Positions 59,985 through 64,000 of a DNA stretch of 64,000 nt are shown in pieces. The DNA is taken from positions 1-64,000 of IMG/VR virus record IMGVR_UViG_3300037424_000830. One strand, written 5' to 3'. The notes beneath the pieces are model-generated. The model worked only from the letters and a program-made list of their open reading frames with translations, was not told where the DNA came from and ran no database searches. Position numbers and translations under genes: made by a program. Position 1 is the stretch's first letter. Each line of letters begins with the position of its first letter. This stretch comes from a virus.

Positions 59985-60968
59985 ATGAATATGGAAGTTC
60001 TTGCACCGAAGAAACTCTCGCGGGAAGTCATTTCGGCGCATCGGGATTTCATAGGTAAAGCCAATACCATCCTGGAAGAGCGTGAGAATGGCCTCAAAAC
60101 GCGGGTCGAAGTATTTCGGGAGTTATGCTCTCGTGTACCAACCAGTGAGTTGGGATTACCTGCATATCTGTATCGGATCGATTTGATCCCCGGCGATTTC
60201 GACACATACGAACCTGATCAGAAGGCTGCAATCCTCCAAGCTGCTTCGATCGGGATTGACCTTGACGATGGGATTCCTCGCCTCGACACAGGTGCAGTCT
60301 TGTGGGATAAGTTTCCTTGGGAATCTGATTCGGCATATGAGTACTTCCATCGGTATGTAGACATGCCGAATCTGCAGTCCTCTGTTAATGAACCATCCGC
60401 AGAGTCTGAGCGCGCTAAGATCCAGATCTCGATTCGTGATATACGAGTTCTTGCCGAGCTTTATCGTCAAGCTCCTGGAGCTCTAGATGTCGCCACGATC
60501 CAAGAATTTGCAGTTTCATACAACTGGCAAGTGCGAGTTAAAGCCTACGACTTGTATATTGCCGCAGCCTATCGCAAATACCGCGAACGTGAGCAGTATT
60601 CAGTTGAGACTCAACACTATCGGATGGCTGGGAAACTACTAGCCAAGGCGAACGATGAACTCGTACGGCGCCTTGAAAGCGAAGATCTTCGCACCGACAT
60701 GAAGGAGCGAGACCTCATTGATTTGGTCAAGTCAATGACTCAGATCCAGCGTGTTTCCATCGGCCTTAGCACAGGCCAAGGAAAGAACGACGTTGAAAGC
60801 GAAACACCTCGCAATGCTTCGCTGGAACTTACTTTGCGTACTATTGCAAAGAATGCCGGCGAACAAGCAAAGGAAATCCAAGATGATGATAGAATCCAAG
60901 CGATCTTAGAGGATCCTGAAGCCTTGATCCAAGCTCAAGAGCTTATCATCAAGCTCAACCGCAAATAA
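59985..60968 (+). CDS. Putative terminase small subunit
   Basis: 327 aa and largely helical. It is the first gene of the rightward operon, two small ORFs upstream of terL. The call is by position only. Confidence 0.4.
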   Translation: MNMEVLAPKKLSREVISAHRDFIGKANTILEERENGLKTRVEVFRELCSRVPTSELGLPAYLYRIDLIPGDFDTYEPDQKAAILQAASIGIDLDDGIPRLDTGAVLWDKFPWESDSAYEYFHRYVDMPNLQSSVNEPSAESERAKIQISIRDIRVLAELYRQAPGALDVATIQEFAVSYNWQVRVKAYDLYIAAAYRKYREREQYSVETQHYRMAGKLLAKANDELVRRLESEDLRTDMKERDLIDLVKSMTQIQRVSIGLSTGQGKNDVESETPRNASLELTLRTIAKNAGEQAKEIQDDDRIQAILEDPEALIQAQELIIKLNRK

Positions 60969-60991
60969 CTGAGTGTAAACAGGAGGTTCTC

Positions 60992-61210
60992 ATGACAACG
61001 GATGTACGCATTACAGTGCCAGATCACGTATCGCGTGAAAATGGCGTCAAAATTGAAGTCCAAGAACAACTCCCCAACGGAGAATGGAAGACTACACAGC
61101 TCCTTGACCCACTTCAATCTGGCCAAGGGGCTACGAAGTACCTTCACTCGACTAACCGTATTGTCCTCACCGCAGTTAACGTCGTGAACCCCTTTATGAA
61201 GGCTTCTTAA
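60992..61210 (+). CDS. Hypothetical small protein
   Basis: 72 aa with an AGGAGG RBS. Confidence 0.5.
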   Translation: MTTDVRITVPDHVSRENGVKIEVQEQLPNGEWKTTQLLDPLQSGQGATKYLHSTNRIVLTAVNVVNPFMKAS

Positions 61211-61238
61211 CTCGTTAAACACTTGAAAGGAGACACAA

Positions 61239-61409
61239 ATGAGTGTTATCACGCTTGTTGTCATCGTTTGCCTCATCGGCTTCGGTGTATACATCACCAA
61301 CAGATCAAATTGGCCAGAACCAGCCAAGTGGGGCGCATACGCTGTATGCTTCATAGTCGTTATATTTCTTGTCCTCAGGATCAGCGGTATCGATCTTGGG
61401 TCAATCTAG
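61239..61409 (+). CDS. Small membrane protein (below the ORF-track cutoff)
   Basis: 56 aa: MSVITLVVIVCLIGFGVYITN...YAVCFIVVIFLVLRISG, giving two TM segments. AAAGGAG RBS. Confidence 0.5.
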   Translation: MSVITLVVIVCLIGFGVYITNRSNWPEPAKWGAYAVCFIVVIFLVLRISGIDLGSI

Positions 61410-61491
61410 CTCGTTAAACGCACGCCTCCGGCGGAAGTAGCTGTGTTCACTCTCCGTCATAGGATGTTTCAAGACTCAAGGTTAAATTTGG

Positions 61492-62976
61492 ATGTATGCG
61501 CAAGAACAGTTAGCACAAATGGCGCGGAATTACAGGTTAACACCTGCGACTCTGAACGTCAAGCTTGATCCTGACTGGATACCCGCTAAACATCTGCAAT
61601 ACATCTCGGCTCGCGTAGCTGGCGCCATTATTAGAGGTAATGGGCGCCTCATTATTTCAGCACCTCCCCGCCATGGGAAATCGGAGCTTATCACAAAAGC
61701 TGTCCCGATTTGGGCACTTGAGAAGTTTGGTGACAGAGAAGTTATCCTTACGACCTATGGAGGCGAGCTTTCTGCAGACTTCGGACGCGCCGTTCGTGAC
61801 AAAATTATTGACAACGCCGAGCTCTTAAATACGCGTATTCGTCGAGATTCTTCCAAAGTCTCTAACTGGATGACAGCTCTTGGCGGATCGATGAGATCAG
61901 TAGGTGTTGGTGGGCCAATTACAGGCCGAGGTGCTGATATTCTCCTGGTTGACGACTACCTCAAGGAAATCAAGGAGGCAATGTCTGAGGTTACGCGTGA
62001 ATACATCTGGAATTGGTTCGTGACAACAGCATTTACACGTCTGGAACCCAACGCAACAGTCATTATTATCGCTACGCGGTGGCATCATGATGACTTAATT
62101 GGTCGCATTTTGAAGCATAAGGATATCCTTGGAAACTGGGAATATATCAGAATTCCTGCGATTGCAGAAGAAAATGACATCCTCGGACGTGAAAAAGGCG
62201 CACCTTTGTTCCCAGAACGTTACAATCTAGCTGCTCTTGAAGAGCGTAAAGCGATTCTTGGAACGTTCTTCTTCAATGCGATGTACCAACAAGACCCATC
62301 TGATGATGAATCTGCGCTCACTGACGTCAAGTGGCTGAAGTATGTCGATAACTTGCCTGACGAATCAATGCGTACTTTACGGATTTGGGATCTAGCTGCG
62401 ACCGAGGGCGGTGGAGACTATATGGTCGGCACCAAAATGTCGTATAGTCTCAAAACGCAGAGAGTTTTCTTGTGCAACATCATCCGCAAGCAGCTTTCAC
62501 CTGGTGGTGTTGAGCGACAAGTTCGCGACACAGCGATTGCTGACGGTCCAAGTGTGGAAGTCTACATTGAACAGGAGCCTGGGTCTGCAGGTAAAAGCTT
62601 GATCCACATGTATGCAACAACGGTTTTACCTGAATTCAAGGTAGAAGCCGTCCCAACAGTGACAAACAAAGTTGTCCGCGCACAGCCCTTCTTAGCGGGT
62701 TGCGAAGCTGGAAAAGTATTCTTATTGAAGGGGTCATGGAATAAAGCTTTTGCTGACGAGTTTGAATTCTTCCCTGTTGGAGCGTATGATGACCAAATTG
62801 ACACTGCAGGTGCTGGATACGAGAAACTTGTAGGTAAAGTACACTTATCTCCTTCATGGGGGCGTGGTACGACGCAAAGCTTCACAAGGACTTCAAGTGG
62901 TCTTGTAGTTCCTAACAAAGGTCTCTACAGGCGTACACCAATCAAAGTCACATTCGGACGAGGAGCTCAACAATGA
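61492..62976 (+). CDS. terL: Terminase large subunit
   Basis: Walker A-like ISAPPRHGKSE and Walker B ILLVDDY. IIATRWHHDDL. The nuclease part has IWDLAAT and YDDQIDT. Confidence 0.8.
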   Translation: MYAQEQLAQMARNYRLTPATLNVKLDPDWIPAKHLQYISARVAGAIIRGNGRLIISAPPRHGKSELITKAVPIWALEKFGDREVILTTYGGELSADFGRAVRDKIIDNAELLNTRIRRDSSKVSNWMTALGGSMRSVGVGGPITGRGADILLVDDYLKEIKEAMSEVTREYIWNWFVTTAFTRLEPNATVIIIATRWHHDDLIGRILKHKDILGNWEYIRIPAIAEENDILGREKGAPLFPERYNLAALEERKAILGTFFFNAMYQQDPSDDESALTDVKWLKYVDNLPDESMRTLRIWDLAATEGGGDYMVGTKMSYSLKTQRVFLCNIIRKQLSPGGVERQVRDTAIADGPSVEVYIEQEPGSAGKSLIHMYATTVLPEFKVEAVPTVTNKVVRAQPFLAGCEAGKVFLLKGSWNKAFADEFEFFPVGAYDDQIDTAGAGYEKLVGKVHLSPSWGRGTTQSFTRTSSGLVVPNKGLYRRTPIKVTFGRGAQQ

Positions 62977-64000
62977 ATGTACAAGTATCAAGTTCAAGTT
63001 CGGGACCCAAAGGTCTCTTTCGCAATCTGTCTGCACTTCTCCAAAGGTCTCTACTGGCATCGCGCGCTGGATTTCTATTCGGTGGCGCTCGTGATATGTA
63101 TGGTGTATTCGGGTACGCGCGGGTACCAGACTACAAAGACTTTCTTGCGAAGTATATGCGCCAAGATATCGCAGCCCGTGCAATTGAGGCGCCATCATCA
63201 GCGATCTGGAGCAATCCTCCGGCGATTACTTCAACCAGTGAAGAGTGGAATACTGCTTGGAATAACCTTATTCAGCGACATAAGCTATTCCATGTTCTCA
63301 ACAGACTCGATATCTTGGCGGGTCTCGGACGCTATGCAGTCCTATACATCGGGTTTAGTGACACAAGCATTGTACAGCAGCCAGTTAGAATGCGAAAGAC
63401 TGCACCTTTGGACGTGCTATATCTGCAGCCATATGCAGAGCCTGCGGCAGTTATTGTCAAACTTGTGGACGACAAATTCAACGATCGTTACTTGCAGCCT
63501 GAAATGTATGATCTTCGACCCTACTTGAACCAACCAGCAATCTTGGGCTCTCCAGCTTTGCAGACTGCTCCATTCAGAGTACATGCTTCAAGGTGTCTTC
63601 ATGTTGCTGAAGGGATCTTGGAAGACGGTATTATTGGACGTCCGCGGATGGAGAGAATCTCCAACTTGTTAGACGATATGCTAAAGGTTTCTGGTGGTAC
63701 AGCTGAAACGTTTTGGCTGACGGCTAATCGCGGAATGCAGGCTGATATCGAGAAGGATATGGATCTTTCACCAGAGGATGAAGCAGCACTCTCGAGTGAG
63801 TTAGAGGAATATCAGAATCAGCTTCGCCGTTGGATCAGAACACGCGGTGTCAAGATTAACTCACTCGGATCAGATACTCCTGATCCTCGTGGAGTCTTCC
63901 AACTTCTCTTATCACTCCTATCTTCCGCAACAGGTATTCCACAGAGAGTCTTGACTGGTGCTGAAGCAGGACAGCTTGCTTCTGAACAAGATCGTGCAAA
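62973..64000 (+). CDS. Portal protein (DUF1073-like), 3' end outside the window
   Basis: ATG 62973 overlaps the terL stop (ATGA), with AGGAG 7 nt upstream. I translated this frame and it stays open to nt 64000 (MNVQVSSSSSGPKGLFRNL...GIPQRVLTGAEAGQLASEQDRA). It is absent from the ORF track because it has no stop in the window. Confidence 0.75.
   Translation, partial: MNVQVSSSSSGPKGLFRNLSALLQRSLLASRAGFLFGGARDMYGVFGYARVPDYKDFLAKYMRQDIAARAIEAPSSAIWSNPPAITSTSEEWNTAWNNLIQRHKLFHVLNRLDILAGLGRYAVLYIGFSDTSIVQQPVRMRKTAPLDVLYLQPYAEPAAVIVKLVDDKFNDRYLQPEMYDLRPYLNQPAILGSPALQTAPFRVHASRCLHVAEGILEDGIIGRPRMERISNLLDDMLKVSGGTAETFWLTANRGMQADIEKDMDLSPEDEAALSSELEEYQNQLRRWIRTRGVKINSLGSDTPDPRGVFQLLLSLLSSATGIPQRVLTGAEAGQLASEQDRA

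Noticed and set aside
62977-63528. 183-aa ORF listed in the track downstream of terL
   Set aside because: It is the wrong frame of the portal gene. The frame starting at ATG 62973 (ATGA overlap with terL, AGGAG RBS) stays open to the window end and has portal-like sequence.

Overview
The window reads as a nearly complete, roughly 64 kb tailed dsDNA phage genome. It is cut inside a gene at both ends: a 5'-truncated repeat protein at nt 1 and a 3'-truncated portal gene at nt 64000.

Layout:
- 1-23671 (+): head, neck, tail and lysis genes. These include a scaffold/protease-like gene, a decoration-like gene, the major capsid gene, an HK97 gp10-like gene, the major tail gene, a G/GT chaperone pair with a -1 frameshift, a 1760-aa tape measure protein, an RcGTA-like distal tail block (DUF2460, DUF2163, NlpC/P60, host-specificity protein, DUF2793 fibre), a discoidin-like protein, an M15 endolysin and a holin-like protein.
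- 23794-59497 (-): nucleotide metabolism, replication, recombination and many small early genes. Recognised products are Dcd, FolE, a MazG-like protein, ThyX, a DUF5664-like NTP-PPase, class II RNR, a UDG-PolA fusion, a DpdA candidate, QueE/QueD/QueC, a DUF669 protein, a Sak4-like ATPase, a Cas4-like nuclease, an SNF2 helicase, a SLOG protein, GNAT, SWIM, RuvC-like, NDT-like, primase/helicase and a ligase.
- 59498-59984: AT-rich divergent control region.
- 59985-64000 (+): TerS-like gene, TerL and portal.

No tRNA, rRNA, CRISPR array, integrase or transposase was found.

Most notable observations:
- a full preQ0 pathway plus a TGT-like DpdA candidate, which predicts 7-deazaguanine DNA modification, sitting next to dNTP-pool-editing enzymes
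- two families of sigma70-like promoters, one carrying a GANTC-containing AGAGTCC box that recurs as phased iterons in a 750-nt non-coding dyad region (candidate origin or control hub)
- short period-4, period-5 and period-7 repeats at gene junctions that place stop codons in all three frames
- duplicated intergenic modules, paralogous early HTH genes and strong GATC enrichment in the early region
- a duplicated tape measure segment and RTX-like repeats in the tape measure protein

All functional calls rest on motifs I recognise in the translations and on gene order. No database search was run.
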